Source: Chiloscyllium plagiosum (lineage: Eukaryota). Taken from it: 64,000 bases of DNA. The DNA lies in NCBI RefSeq assembly GCF_004010195.1, contig NC_057728.1, forward strand, positions 48,606,652 to 48,670,651, given 5' to 3'. Positions 24,546-39,170 of the stretch are shown one piece after another. Position 1 is the first letter of the stretch. Every line of letters starts with the position of its first letter. The notes beneath the pieces are model-generated. The model ran no database searches, was not told the DNA's origin, and worked only from the letters and a program-made list of their open reading frames with translations. The position numbers and the translations under genes were made by a program.

Positions 24546-26821
24546 TTAGAATATTCTAGAATGAGTAAGAGACTTTTGACAGCAAATGGACATGAACACA
24601 CAAAAGAAGACAAATTAATCATACATAAAATTTCTTGCAAAATATTAAACTGTAAATCACAAGAATGTAAGTGATGCATAAACTCGTTTTCCTACATTTT
24701 ATGAATGTGTGACTGCTTTTAGTCATAATCAACATCTACTTTGACTCGTGTTGATTATTGTTTTGTATATTGGCCCAGATCCCTCATACAATGAAAATGT
24801 ACTTTATTTTGAAGTATTGTGCAGGAATTTACATAGAAACAGCAAAAAAAGGTCATTATCACTATCAACACCACTATGAATAATGGAACAGGTCAAATAT
24901 CTTGAGAATAATTTCTTAATTTGTCCTATGTTTCACAGCCAAGCATAAATATCTTAACTTCAAAATAATGGCAGCAATGGTCAACTTCATATTGTATAAA
25001 AATCCAACTAGCCATGTAGTTAGCAGCTATTTAAAGAAATTATTTATATTAAGCTGCAATGCTCAAACCATAACTCAACACCCATGAGATACATTTTCAA
25101 TAAAAGTTTCATTCCTGACATATAACCAAGCATAGCCAATGTTTAAACTCTACAAGCTGTTCTCTCTTCAACCACATAGTGACAATCCTATGCTATAAAC
25201 AAAGCTGTTCTCTGATAACTGCACAACCACCAACGAACAAGGAAACTCAATTTTAGTAATTAAGGTGATCCCTGCTAGTACAACTAAGACAATGGATCCA
25301 TATTTATTTGGTGCTTTGGTGTGAAGTTGCATGTTTTGTAAATCTGTAATTTTACTGCATTGCAGTATCTTACCCTGTGGTAAATTCACCTGTAATGCTG
25401 CTCATCATTTTGATCTATTAGCCTGATATTCGCAGAAGCAATCATTATCAGATTGCCAGCCTGCACCTACTTTCTTGTGTTAGGACTGCGTTCTGCATTC
25501 CCCATCATCAACTCAGATCCTGGCTCCTTTAGAAGTGCACAATGCACCTAACTCCAACCGTTCCCTCAAAATGCAGGATAACCCAGGGAGGTCAAACCAC
25601 TTTTTCACTGCCAGTAGATCCAGTGAAGTCCCAAAGCTGCCCTTGTGTAATTATTCATTATCCCACTGCTGATATTTCTTCATTCAATGTGAACACCCAT
25701 TTCACCTTCCACATCCACCATCAACATCCCCTCTCTGACCATAATTGTTTGCGATCTCAACTCCACCCCCCTCCGCCAAAGATAGTGATCACCTCTCCCT
25801 CACCTCCACTGACAGTTTATTGCTCCCTCCAACGTGCTACAAAAATGCTTACCCACCCCATGGCCTCACCTTCAATAATGTCAACTGTTAGACTGGGCAG
25901 GAACCACAGATTCCAAAAGGTGAGGCAGAGACTGGGTGTGGAACTGCGGTGTCAGATCAGAGGAACAAGGGGTGCTGGTGGTGGGGGTGACAGCAAGTCC
26001 AGGGGATGTCAGGCTAGTGGTGTTGGTTGTCAGGTTCTAGGATAAGAGTGTGGTCAGCTCAATGGTGGAGGGGAGGTCTGGACTAGCAGGGTCAGGCCAT
26101 CAGCAGAGGAAGTGATGGACAGGCTCATCAAGCCAACAAGAAGGGCTTTGGGGAAGTGAGGGGAGTCAGGTCAGTGGTTATGTTGGGGGCATTGGAGTAT
26201 GGATCAACCAGGTCCAGAAAGGTGTCAGGTCTGGAGTGAGATGTCAGATCCAGAGGGAGGTCGGGGTCAGGCTGACAGGGGTTTTGGGTCTGCAAGGTCA
26301 GTTCCAGTCAGGTCAGAAGAGGTGAGATCAAGTCAGGTCAGCTATGGGTCTGTCTGATCAGGGGGTAGGATATTGAAAGTATCAGGGGAAGTATAAGTGG
26401 GACAGTAGGGGGTGTTCATCTTAAAGTTATCCAGGGGTTAGACCAGATTTCTAATCCTCTAACTTTCCCTGGGTAACTATTAGCTTCAGTGAGGAAGAAT
26501 CGTCTAAATTCTGACTTTAATGGACTGATTTGAAAGGTTCCAAATGTAGGGAAATGCAAAATTCAATTTCCTGAGCAATTCCCATGGATTCAGCCACATC
26601 AGGGATTCCAGATGGTCCCAATGGACAACTTCAGACTACAATACCCTTCCAACACTCTGGCCATTGGATTAACTGGGCTCTATTTCCTTCTTTGCACCAT
26701 TTCTCACCAATATCTTGACTTCAGCCTCACCTTGACTAAAACGCTTCCTGATGCTTTTGACACCTCAGTACTCCACTCCTCCAACATCATTCTTACAGAC
26801 TTCCCATGTTTTACCCTTTAT

Positions 26822-29800
26822 CCATAGACTCATACACTCGTACAGCATGGGAAACAGAACCTTCAGTCCAACTAGTGCATGCTGAACATAATTCCAAATT
26901 AAACTAGCCCTACCTGCCTGATCCTGGCCACACCCCTCCAAACCTTTTTATTCATGTATCAGGGAGGGGAAAGTGAAGACTTCAGAGGCTGGAGAGTCAG
27001 AGTCAAAAATTGTGGCACTGGAAAAGCACAGCAGGTCAGACAGCATCTGAGGAGCAGGAGAGTTTATGTTTGGGGCATAAGCCCTTCATCAAGAATGTGG
27101 AAGGGGAAGGGGCTGAGGGATAAATAAGAGGACGGGGGTGGGGCTGGGGAGAAGGTAGATGGGATGGTGATAGGTGAATGGAGGTGGGAGGTAATTGTGG
27201 TAGGTCGGTGGGAAGGCTGGAGCGGATAGGTGGGAAGGAAGATGGACAAGTAGGTCAGGTCAAGAGGGCAATGCTGAGTTGGAGGGTTGAATCTGGAATG
27301 AGGTGGGAGATTTGGAAACTGGTGAAGTGTTGATGCCATGTGGTTGTACGGTCCAAAGGCAGAAGATGAGACGTTCTTCCTTCAGTTAGTGGGTGGCTTT
27401 GGTTTGGCAGTGGAGGAGGCCCAGGATTTGCACATCCTTGAGGGGGTGAGAGGGAGAGATGAAGTGGCTGGCCACAGGGTAGTGAGGTTGGTTGGTGCAT
27501 GCAGACCCAGAGATGTTCCCTGAACACTCCACAAGTTGGCATTCTGTCTCCCCAATGTACAGGAGACCACATCAAGAGCAACAAATGCAATAGATAAGAT
27601 GGATGAATGTGCAGGAAAATCTCTGCTGGATTTGAAATAATCCTTTGGGGCCTTGGACAGAGGTGAGGGGGGAGATGTGGGTCCAGGTTTTACACCTTGT
27701 GCGGTGGCAGAAGGTGCTGGTGTACAAGGTGGGCTGGTGAGGAGGGTAGATCTAACGAGGGAGTCACAGAGAGAATGGTCTCTGCAGAACGCAGATGGGG
27801 TGGGGAGGGAAATATATCTTTGGTGGTGGGGTATGATTATAGATTGCAAAAATGGCGGACGATAATGCGCTGCATCCAGAGATTCGTGGGGTGGAAGGTG
27901 AGGACCCAGAGGGGTTTCTAACCTTGTTGCAATTGGAGGGATGGAATTCAAGGACAGAAAGTGGAGGAGATGCAATGGAGGGCATTGTTGATCATGTGGG
28001 AGGTGAAATTGTGGTCCTTGAAATAGGAGGACATCTAGGATGTCCTGAAATGGAATTGCTCTTCATGGAAGCAGATACGGTGGTGGCAGAGGAATCGGCA
28101 ATAAGGAATCACATTTTTACAGGTGGGGTGAGAGAAGATGTAATCAAGGTAGCTGAAGGAGTTGGTGGGTTTAAAATAGGTGTCTGTGTTGAGTCGGTCG
28201 CCAGAGACAGAGATGCAAGTGATCCAAGAAGGGGATGGAGGTGTCAGAGTTGGCCCATGTGAACTTAAGGTCAGAGTGGAAGGTGTTGGTGAAGTTGATG
28301 AACTGTTCAACCTCCTTGTGGAAACACAAGGTGGCATCGATACAGTCATCAATGTAGCAGAGGAAAAAGTGGGGGATGGTCTCGGTGTAACTCCAGAAGA
28401 GAGACTTCCATGTGTCCTTGAAGAGGCAGACATAGCTGGAGTCTATGCAGATGCCCATGGCTATACCTCTGGTTGTAGGAAGTGGGAAGATTCGAAAGAG
28501 AAGTTGTTGAGTGTGAAAACCAGTTCCGCCAATCGAATGAGAGTATCATTGAAGGGGATTGGTTGGGTCAGTGGGAGAGGAAGAAATGGAGGGATTGTAG
28601 GCCTTCATCATGAGGGATGGAGATGTATAGGGATGACCATTGTGAAGACAAGGTGTTGAGGGCCAGGGAATTGAAAGTCATAGAAGAGGTATAGGGCATG
28701 GGTGTCTCGGATGTATGTGGGGTGTTCATGGACCAAGGGGGATAGGACAGAGCTGAGATGAGGAGATAAGTTCAATGGGGCAGGGGCAAGTGGAGATAAT
28801 TGGTCGACCGGGACAGTCAGGTTTGTGTATTTTGGGTAAGAGGTAGAGCCGGATGGTGCGGTTTGGGGAAATATGAGGTTGGAGGCTGTAGATAGGAGAT
28901 CTCCTGAGATGATGAAGCTGTGGATAGTCTGGGACATGACAGTTTGGTGATGAGAGGTGGGTTCATGGTCGAGGGGGCATATCAGTCCAAATATTTTAAA
29001 ATGTTGTAATTGTATCTGCATCCACCACTTCCTCAGGAAGTCCATTCCACACACAAATCATCTCCATGTAAAAAATTTGTCTCATGTCTTTTCTCTCTCC
29101 TCTCACCTTAAAATGTGCACCCTAGACTTGAAATCCCCCATCTTAGGGAAAAGACAAGTACCATTAACTCTGTCTCGACCTCTCATTATTTTATAGACTT
29201 CTGTCAGATTGCCTCTCAACCTCCTAAGCTCCATTGAAAAAGTCCATGCATATCCAGCCTTTCTTTATTATACAAACCTTCCATAACCAGCAACATCTTA
29301 GTAAATCTCTTCTGAACCCTCTCCAGCTTAATACTATCCTTCCTATAACTGGGTGACCAGAACTGGACACAGTACTTCAGGAGAGTCCTCACCAAATGTC
29401 CTGTACAACCTCAACATGACTTTCCAATCCCTCAAAGGACTGAGCAATAAAGGCAAGTGAGCCAAACACCTTTTTAACCACCCTGTCTATGTGATGTCAA
29501 ACTTCAAAGAATTATGCACATACTCCCCTAGGTCCCTCTGTTCTACAATGCTACCCTAGGCCCCACAATAAATTGTATAAGCCCTTGTTTGTTTGTCCAA
29601 AATATAATACTTTGCATTTAGCAAGATTGAATTGCATCTGCCATTTGTTCAGCCCATTAACCCATTTGATCAAGATCTCTTTGTAATCTTAGGAAACCTT
29701 CTTCACTGTCCACTATGCCATCAATTTTGGTGTCATCCATAAACTTACTAACCATGCCTTCTATATTGTCATCCAAATCATTTATATAAATGACAAAAGA

Positions 29801-30160
29801 GGACCTAGAATCGATCCCTGTGGAACATTGCTGGTCACAGGCCTCCAGTTTGAAAAGCAACTCCCCACCATTACTCTCTATCTCCTGCCATTAGGCCAAT
29901 TCTGTATCCAATTGGCAAACTCACCCTGAATCCCATGTGACCAAGCTTTACTGATTAGTCTATCATGCAGAACCTTGTCAAAGGCTTTACTAAAATCCAA
30001 ATAAACAATGTCTGCTGCCCTGCCATCATCAATCATTTCGGTAACTTCCTCAAAAAACTCAAACAAGTTTGTGAGACACATTTTTCTTTGCACAAGACCA
30101 TGCTGACTATCCCTAATCAGTTTTGCCTCTCTAAATGTTCATAAATCCTATTCTCAAAGA
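26822..30160 (-). mobile_element. CR1 LINE (RT to 3' end) split by a PLE
   Basis: YLDFSKAFDKV and YINDLDD..KFMDDTK motifs; 3' tail at 26822-26960. Confidence 0.9.
26963..28979 (-). mobile_element. Penelope-like element, degenerate
   Basis: YIDDCI, YFKPTNS and GIY-YIG remnants; pLTR at 26963-27300; TATCAG repeated at both flanks. Confidence 0.9.
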
Positions 30161-32610
30161 CCTCCCGAACTTCCTCTTCTGTAATGTGAACGTTTTTAAA
30201 ACATCAAAGTTTATTTCTCTACATTCTCTACCATTCTAACTAATTGCTAAATTCTTCTGTATAAAGCATTTTTCATCATTAAGTATGCTTCATGAAAGCA
30301 AGTTGCTGATTTATTTCTGTTATTAGATTTATTCTAAGCTGACAAATGTTTCAGAATTTAATCCAAATATATAGTAAGAGAAGATGGCATGGATTATTTC
30401 TGGGAAATTTTTTATACATTATTCAACTAACTTTACTCAGTGGATAAAAATACCATCCCAGGAATTGGTCTACTAAAGCTTCTTTGCATTCTTCCAATAG
30501 CTACAGCATACTTCCTCAGCTGAGGACACCAAAACTGCACACAGTAATTCAAGGCTAAAATCAGAAATTACTGTAAAAACTCAAAAGGTCAGGAAGCGTC
30601 TGTGGAGAGAACTGCAGAGTTAACATTGCCGCTCTAGTGACCCTTCTTCAGAATGCAATAAGCCAGGTGCAGTCTTACCAATGCTCTGTACAGATGCAGC
30701 AAGACATCCCTGCTTCTGTACTTGGATCCTCTCACTATGAAAACCAACGTAGAGTTTGCTATTTTCACTCCCTGCGTGCTTACTTTCAGCAACTTGTTTG
30801 TGAGCACATCAAGTTTTCCCATTCTGCCAATTTACCACCATTTAGATAATCATTTGCCTGCCTGGTTTTTACTACCAAACCTCACATTTATCCACATTAT
30901 ATAGCATCTGCCATGTATTTGCCCACTTACTTAACTTGACCAAAGCTTCTGTAACAGTTGAGTTGTTATCATATCGACCAAGGGCTCTTTAGGAAAAACA
31001 ATCCAATAAATTTATCTAAGAAAGCACTGTTTGAATAATTGACTTAATCAATGTTGATAAATGTATTGCCTGTGGCAGAAACATGCATGCCAGAGTCAAG
31101 CAATGTAATGTGATTATGTTGTCACAATAATTGATAGATAATTTATCTCTACTTATAACATATGAGAATAAGTACACATTCTAACGTCACTATTTTCTTC
31201 AATAATATTTAATAGTATTCAACTTGATTCTAATTTCCATAGCAGCTTATTTAACTGCTATTTGTCAAATGATAATTATGTCTCATGAAAATGAAATAAC
31301 TTGCTGATCCAAAATAATGAAACTATAGCGCGTGATACAGAACTAGCAAACACTACAGACAATTAAAAATGTTGTAAATGCTCTGAGCATAATGAGGAAA
31401 AGCCATCATACATTAAATCAATAAAAGAGACTGGGAATTCCTATGAGTGATATCATCATTTGAATGATTAGTATGCGCATAAGAAATTGCTGATTTCTGC
31501 TTAAATGCTGACATTAAACTAACTATTTTAAATGGCTCAACATTTGTTAAAATGATGGAAAGAAATTTAATTTAAGCACACACTAAGGTGATTGTGCTCT
31601 TCATTATGTACACATTAGAAAACAATAATATTTAATTTATGAAAATTAGCACAAATTTTCAAAAGTTTTATTGCATTTTGCTTAGAAAATTGTGAAGTAC
31701 AGTTCTATATTTGCAGTTAATCTTATCGGGGAATTTCAAGAGTCTTTCAGTCGTGTTTAAAATATTTTGTGAAATGTATTTAACTATTAACTTTTATTAA
31801 GCTTTGATACTTTCACATCTGGGCATAACTCATGAAATTTGATTTTCTGACGATAGAAATATCATGCAACTTGATCTCAAATCCTGTAAAGTACCACAAC
31901 AGATATAGAACACATTAATAGAGATGCCTCTTAGTGGTTTAATTATCAAAGATACAATTTTGACCCTATTCAAACAATCTTTGCTGGAATTGAAGGTGGA
32001 GGTGACAACTAGCTTCAATAGCCATTCATAAAAGATCAAAACAAATTAATCAGGTGTTTACACTTCTGACCAAGAGATGTTGAGTCCAATCAGATACAGT
32101 TCCCCCGTCTTGAGTTGCTTCACCCAAAGGTTCGAGGATACTGGGTGGAATTGTGAAGCAGTGAATTCTACTTAGCTATAATGGACAGCCCAATGCTAAA
32201 TCGCCTGATTTTACCAAGTTACACATGGACAATGGCCACTACAATGAGGTACGAAAGGAACAGCAGAGTCTGTGAAACCATTTCCCAAATTTAATCATGA
32301 ATTTCAAGGAGGAAATTGATGAGAAAAAAAGCAAATACTTGTCAATTGTGCAATTGTGCCCCATAAATGCTTTAAAACCAAATAAAGCTTCACTACTTTT
32401 TGAAAACAAAGTGAAGTCCATAGTCGTTGTCCTCTCAATATCATCAAAATAAACATATGGATTTTTATGAGCTTACCTATTTATGCTTCAATTACAATGA
32501 ATTTACAGTTCTCACCGAACTTAGACACTTCCTTACCCCTCACTTTTCTTACTTAAAAACAGATTTCATTTCACCAATGTGTTTTTTTTTATTCGATGGC
32601 CATTTTCAGC

Positions 32611-33153
32611 ATTTATATAAATGATTTGGATGTGAACATAAGAAGTATAGTTACCAAATTTGCAGATGACACCAAAATTGGAGTGTATAGCAAAAAAGGT
32701 TACCTCAGAGTACAACAGGATCTTGATCAGATGGACCAATGGACCAAGGAGAAGCAGTTGGAGTTTAATTTAGATAAATATGAAGTGCTGCATTTTGGGA
32801 AGGCAAATCAGGGCAGGACTTACACACTTAATGGCAAGATCCTGGGAGCGTTACTGAACAAACAGACCTTGCAGTGCAGGTTTACAGTTCCTTGAAAGTG
32901 GAGTTACAGGTAGATAGGATAGTGTTTGGTGTGCTTTCCCTTATTGGTCAAAGCCTTGAGTATAGGGGCTTGGAGGTCATGTTGCGGCTGTACAGGACAT
33001 TGGTTATTCTGGTTTCCCTCCTATTGGAAGGATGTTGTGAAACTTGAAAGGGTTCAGAAAAGATATACAAGGGTGTTGCCAGGATCAGAAGGTTTGAGCT
33101 ATAGAGAGAGGCTGAATAGGCTGGGGCTGTTATCCATAGAGCGTCAGAAGCTG
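32611..33153 (+). mobile_element. CR1 fragment
   Basis: YINDLD..KFADDTKIG; LERVQKRYTR. Confidence 0.9.
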
Positions 33154-35463
33154 AGTCATAGAGTCACAGAGATGTACAGCATGGAAACAGACCCTTTGGT
33201 CCAACCCGTCCATGCCAACCAGATATCCCAACCCAATCTAGTCCCACCTGCCAGCACCCGGCCCATATCCCTCCAAACCCTTCCTATTCATATACCCATC
33301 CAAATGCCTCTTAAATGTTGCAATTGTACCAGCCTCCACCACATCCTCTAGCAGCTCATTCCATACACATACCACCCTCTGCGTGAAAATGTTGCCCCTT
33401 AGGTCAATTTTATATTTTTCCCCTCTCACTCTAAACCTATGCCCTCTAGTTCTGGACTCCCAGACCCCAGGGAAAAGACTTCGTCTATTTATCCTATCCA
33501 TCCCCCTCATAATTTTATAAACCTCTANNNNNNNNNNNNNNNNNNNNNNNNNNNNNNNNNNNNNNNNNNNNNNNNNNNNNNNNNNNNNNNNNNNNNNNNN
33601 NNNNNNNNNNNNNNNNNNNNNNNNNNNNNNNNNNNNNNNNNNNNNNNNNNNNNNNNNNNNNNNNNNNNNNNNNNNNNNNNNNNNNNNNNNNNNNNNNNNN
33701 NNNNNNNNNNNNNNNNNNNNNNNNNNNNNNNNNNNNNNNNNNNNNNNNNNNNNNNNNNNNNNNNNNNNNNNNNNNNNNNNNNNNNNNNNNNNNNNNNNNN
33801 NNNNNNNNNNNNNNNNNNNNNNNNNNNNNNNNNNNNNNNNNNNNNNNNNNNNNNNNNNNNNNNNNNNNNNNNNNNNNNNNNNNNNNNNNNNNNNNNNNNN
33901 NNNNNNNNNNNNNNNNNNNNNNNNNNNNNNNNNNNNNNNNNNNNNNNNNNNNNNNNNNNCCACTGGTCACAGGCCTCCAGTTTGAAAAACACCCCTCCAC
34001 CACCATCCTCTGTCTTCTACCTTTGAGCCAGTTCTGTTTCCAAATGGCTAGTTCTCCCTGTATTCCATGAGATCTAACCTTGCTAATCAGTCTCCCATGG
34101 GGAACCTTGTCGAATGCCTTACTGAAGTCCATATAGATCACATCTACTGCTCTGCCCTCATCAATCTTCTTTGTTACTTCTTCAAAAAACTCAGTCATGT
34201 TTGTGAGACATGATTTCCCACGCACAAAGCCATGTTGCCTATCCCGAATCAGTCCTTGCATTTCCAAATACGTGTACATCCTGTCCCTCATGATTCCCTC
34301 CAACAACTTGCCCACCACCGAGGTCAGGCTCACCGGTCTATAGTTCCCTGGCTTGTCTTTACCGCCCTTTTTAAACAGTGGCACCACGTTTGCCAACCTC
34401 CAGTCTTCCGGCACCTCACCTGTGACTATCGATGATACAAATATCTCAGCAAAAGGCCCAGCAATCACTTCTCTAGCTTCCCACAGAGTTCTCAGGTACA
34501 CCTGATCAGGTCCTGGGGATATACCCACCTTTAACCAATTCTAGACATCCAGCACTTCCTCTTCTGGACATTTTGCAAGATGTCACCATCTATTTCCCTA
34601 CAGTCTATATCTTCCATATCCTTTCCCACAGTAAATACTGATTCAAAATATTAATTTAGTATCTCCCCCATTTTCTGTGGCTCCACACAAAGGCCACCTT
34701 GCCTATCATTGAGGGGCCCTATTCTCTCCCTAGTTACCCTTTTGTCCTTAATATATTTGTAAAAAACCTTTGGATTCACCTTAATTCTATTTGCCAAAGC
34801 TATCTCATGTCCCCGTTTTGTCCTCCTGATTTCTCTCTTAAGTATACTCCTACTTTCTTTATAATCTTCTAAGGATTCACTCAATCTATCCTGTCTATAC
34901 CTGGCATATGCTTCCTTCTTTTTCTTAACCAAATCCTCAATTTCTTTAGTCAATCAGCATTCCCTATACCTACCAGCCTTCCCTTTCACCCTGACAGGAA
35001 TATACTTTCCCTGGATTCTCGTTATCTCATTTCTGAAGGCTTCCCATTTTCCAGCCGTCCCTTTACCTGCGAACATCTGCCTCCAATCAGCTTTCAAAAG
35101 TTCTTGCCTAATACCGTCAAAATTGGCCTTTCTCCAATTTAGAACTTCAACTATTAAATCTGGTCTATCCTTTTCCATCACTATTTTAAAACGAATAGAA
35201 TTATGGTCGCTGGCCCCAAAGTGCTCCCCCACTGACACCTCAGTCACCTGCCCTGCCTTATTTCCCAAGAGTAGGTCAAGTTTTGCACCTTCTCTAGTAG
35301 GTACAACCACATTGTCTTGTACACACTTTAGAAATTCCTCTCCATCTAAACCTTTAACACTATGGCAATCCCAGTCGATGTTTGGAAAGTTAAAATCCAC
35401 TACCATAACTACCCTATTATTCTTACAGATAGCTGAGATTTCCTTACAAGTTTGTTTCTCAAT
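33154..35463 (-). mobile_element. Young CR1 (HER1-like) LINE, endonuclease end, RT and 3' tail, with assembly gap 33528-33959
   Basis: PEDWRLANVVPLFKKG, NYRPVSLTS, QHGF and YMDFSKAFDKVPH in the long ORF 33515-34528. Confidence 0.95.
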
Positions 35464-37119
35464 GTATTGGTTAAATAGTGTGGATATTATGCAAAATCTT
35501 TACCTCAACAACCGCTCTGGTCATTGCTATTTTTGCAGCATTGCAATGTGGCTTTGGGTTCCTTTCCCATTAGCGTCCAAAAGTGTTGTCTTTAGGACTT
35601 TCTTCCTCCATCACCTGAACCAAGACCTCCGAGTCCCTCACTGGGGAACTGGAAAGCCCTTCCTAAAATTCTTGGGTAACTTCAGATCTTTTCAAGGTTT
35701 CCTGCTGATTGAAACCTTGTTGCTGGTTAACTTTAAATAATGACATTTCTGCCCAAACAGGCGAGCAGCCAAGAAACAGCAATGATATTCTGGCTGCACA
35801 TTTAACACGTGAAAATGAAGTCACACTACACATTTGATGTGGCTGTTGCACCTACATGGATAAATATATGCAACATGTCTGTTCTCAAACAGGGTTGAAC
35901 TTCTCGAATAAGATATCTAATAGTATTAGAAAATGAGTAAGACATGCGTTTAAGGTGTTTTCTGCTAAAGTTGTGGAAAGAATAATTTCTTACGCAAGAT
36001 CCACAACCTAAAAACTGGTGTGCAGGAGACACAGGTACCCACTTCTGAATGGATAGGCCCAGGCACTGAATATTGAGTCTCATGTCTTAATATCAATGAT
36101 CCAGGGAGCTGTGGGCTTTTAGTTGGCTATGCTAAAGAACTAGTAGAGAAGGGGCTGTTAAATGGGGCCAGGAGAGGGGGAATTTGGAAATGTTTGGAGT
36201 TTGGGCATTACAGGGAAAACAGGACAGTTGAGAACCATGGTAATCAAATAGCATAGCAACTACAAGTGGAATCTAGAATAGGTGATTATTATCAGGATGT
36301 TGGGTTGATTCCATTCAGGCAGATAAACAGCGACAAGCAGTTTGTAGTTTCAATGTCTGATCAAGAAGAACACATTCTGTGAAATATTTTTAACAAGTTT
36401 ACTTTTCTGTTGCAGCTTGAAGTGGCCTGTTAGGAAGCACTTGTTATGCTACCTGTAGAGCTGGCGTTTTGCTCTGGCTGCTGTTAGGCACGCCAACAGT
36501 GTAAGCATAGCCTAAAACAAGCATTGTGCCCTTATTTGCATATGCAAACTGCCAAGTGTCTGTTTTGGACACAGCCTTGTACTTTTCTTTGGTTATACCC
36601 ACATGCTTGGGTGTGGCACACTTCTAAAACCTAAGTAATTTTAGTTGTATTAAATACCTCATTCAAATGGTGATTATCCAATGCACACAGTTTTGTAGAT
36701 ACCTGAACCCACTGGCTGGAATCATCACCGCCTTTTTCCAGTGCATGATGCAATTCTGACCCAAATCGGAAGGATGTACCTTAGCTCATTGGGAACTATT
36801 CAAAGCCACTGAAGTCCAAAGACCAAGCCATTCACTAGTGATAATTCGGATGTTTGCTTAAGCATGCATCAGCAAAGTGAAACAAAAGGTAATTTATCTC
36901 CCATTGAAAATTGGTGTCCAAACATTCACTTAAAGGCAAAAGAACAAAAAACAGATTAAGTTCAGACACTGTATATCACATCAAAAAGTGGTTAACGGTG
37001 AATATATGTATTCCTAGTCTGGGTTTCATAGTACTTCACTGCCTGTACCTTGCCTGTCCACTTTACTCTTAAACTTCTCCTGATGCTGTGAAACCTGACA
37101 ATTAATGTTAGGCTGTAAG

Positions 37120-38104
37120 ACATAGAAATAGATGTCGGTGTATAAGGCCCATCAAATCTACTCTAACATTCAATGAGATTGTGGCTATTCCAATAATCCT
37201 CAACTCCACTTTCCTACCTTATCACTGTAAAGCTTGATTCCTTAAATGATTAGAAATCTATCTCAGCCTTGAAAATATATTTAACAACCCAGCCTCGACT
37301 GACCTACGCAGTAAAAAACTCCAGAGATTTACTACCCTCAGAGAAGAAGAAAAAAATCCCTCTTGTCTCTATATTAAATGGGTAACTTCTTATGATTTTA
37401 TGCCCTTTCATTCTAGTCTCTCCCACAAGGGGAAACAATCTCTAAGCATCTACCTGTCAAGTACATGAAGAATCTTATATGTTTCAATAAAGCCTCCTTT
37501 GGGTCTTCCAAACTCCAATGCCCAACCTACTGAACATCCTCTCCTAAGAAAATCCCTCCATACCCTGGATCAACTAAGTGAACATTTTCTGGACTACCTC
37601 CAATGTCAGTATATCTTTACTTAGATAAGGGAAAAAACTGTTACTAAACTAAAACATGTGGTCTGACTAGTGCCTTGTATATTTTAGTAAGTTTTTGCAA
37701 TTTTTACTCTCCATTCTCTTTGAAATAAAAGCCAACATTCCATTTACCTTCCCAGTTATCTGCTAAACTTGGATGCTAACGTTTTTGGGATTTATGCACT
37801 AGGAAATCCAAATCCTTTTATGCTGATGCTTTCTGCAGTCTTTCCCAATTTAAATATCAATCAGTGCTTCTTTTCTTCTTGTGGTGCGTATATGGAATGA
37901 ACTGCTAAAGGAAGTGGTGGAGGCTGGTAAAATTGCAATATTTAAGAGGCATTTGGATGGGTATATGAATAGGAAGGTTTTGGAGGGATATAGGCCAGGT
38001 GCTGGCAGGTGAGACTAGATTGGGTTGAGATATCTGGTCAGCATGCACGAGTTGGACCGAAGGGTCTGTTTCCATGTTTTATATCTCTGTGACTCTTTGA
38101 CTCT
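37120..38104. mobile_element. Old CR1-like fragment (minus) followed by a CR1 3' tail (+, 37881-38104)
   Basis: Similarity to 4680-5470 and to 8560-8783. Confidence 0.65.
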
Positions 38105-38249
38105 ATTTAACCGGTGGCACTGTTTCCAGTAGATGATTAACAGCCATTTATCAGGAAATGATTTGCTGACTGGAAAACACAGTTGCATAGTTCTTACATT
38201 TTTCCAACAGACACATGGCAGGAAAAGTAAATTTTTAATATATAGTATC

Positions 38250-39170
38250 TGGCACCACTTCCTCTTCTTACCAGAACCGCAATCGTGTTCCCCTACCCTT
38301 ATCTTTCACCCCAGGCTCTACATTAATCAAATGGCATCAATCACTTCCCCCATACCCAGTATGCTGCTACAAGGAAATATATCCCCCTCCCCTGCTTTCA
38401 GCCTTCCTGCAGGACCATTCCCTCAGTAAGATCCATGCACAGCTCTTTCCAGAGACCAATCTCGGCATGGAGTTGGAACACCTGCTCTTTTAGCTCCTTG
38501 CTTCTTCCCTGTCAAGGCCCCAAAAATTCATTCCAGCTAAAATAGATTTTTTTTTTCTATTCAGTACACTATTATTTATGAGGCTATTCCACATTTGGGA
38601 GACAGAGTAAAAGTTAGATTGTCACTTTGCGATCAGCTCCATTCATCCTGTAGCATGACTGACATTTAAGTCTGCACCCAAATTCCACTCTGACTTTGGC
38701 TTCCTGCATCGTTCCAGTGAGGTTTAGTGTGAGCTCAAGAAACAGAGTCGTGAGATTAGATGCTTTGCGTCCTAATGGACTCAGAGAGGAACAATTTCAG
38801 AGCATAAACTTTGTCCCCTTTTGTTTGTTTCTGAATGACAGCTATTGGTTATTCTGCTTCTTCTATTTAAACATACTGCCAGGATCACTTTTTGTTTCTT
38901 AACTTGTTGCATCACCATCTCTTTTTGCCTTTTATCATCCCTTTTATCATTTAATCTCTCCTGCCTTCCACCCCATCAGCAATTTTCCTATTTGTTTCTC
39001 CTCCTGCCCCATTCCTTGTTTCTGTATTTGATAAAACCTAATGCACCTGACTGGTTAAAGACATCAACCCGAGACAGTAACCTCTTCCTCCCACCACAGA
39101 TTTGTTTTGACCTAATAAGCATTTCCAACAATTTCTGTGTTTATTTCAGATTTGCAGCATTTCACTTTTA
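38250..39170 (+). mobile_element. Highly decayed PLE 3' part
   Basis: Collinear similarity to 3720-4665, including the pLTR end. Confidence 0.5.

Noticed and set aside
33238..34026. Long ORFs in the track
   Set aside because: Artefacts of the N gap (33528-33959) within a CR1.
35503..35851. Minus-strand exon-like segment with AG/GT ends
   Set aside because: In-frame stops; only a vague resemblance to a Myb/SANT-like transposon relic.
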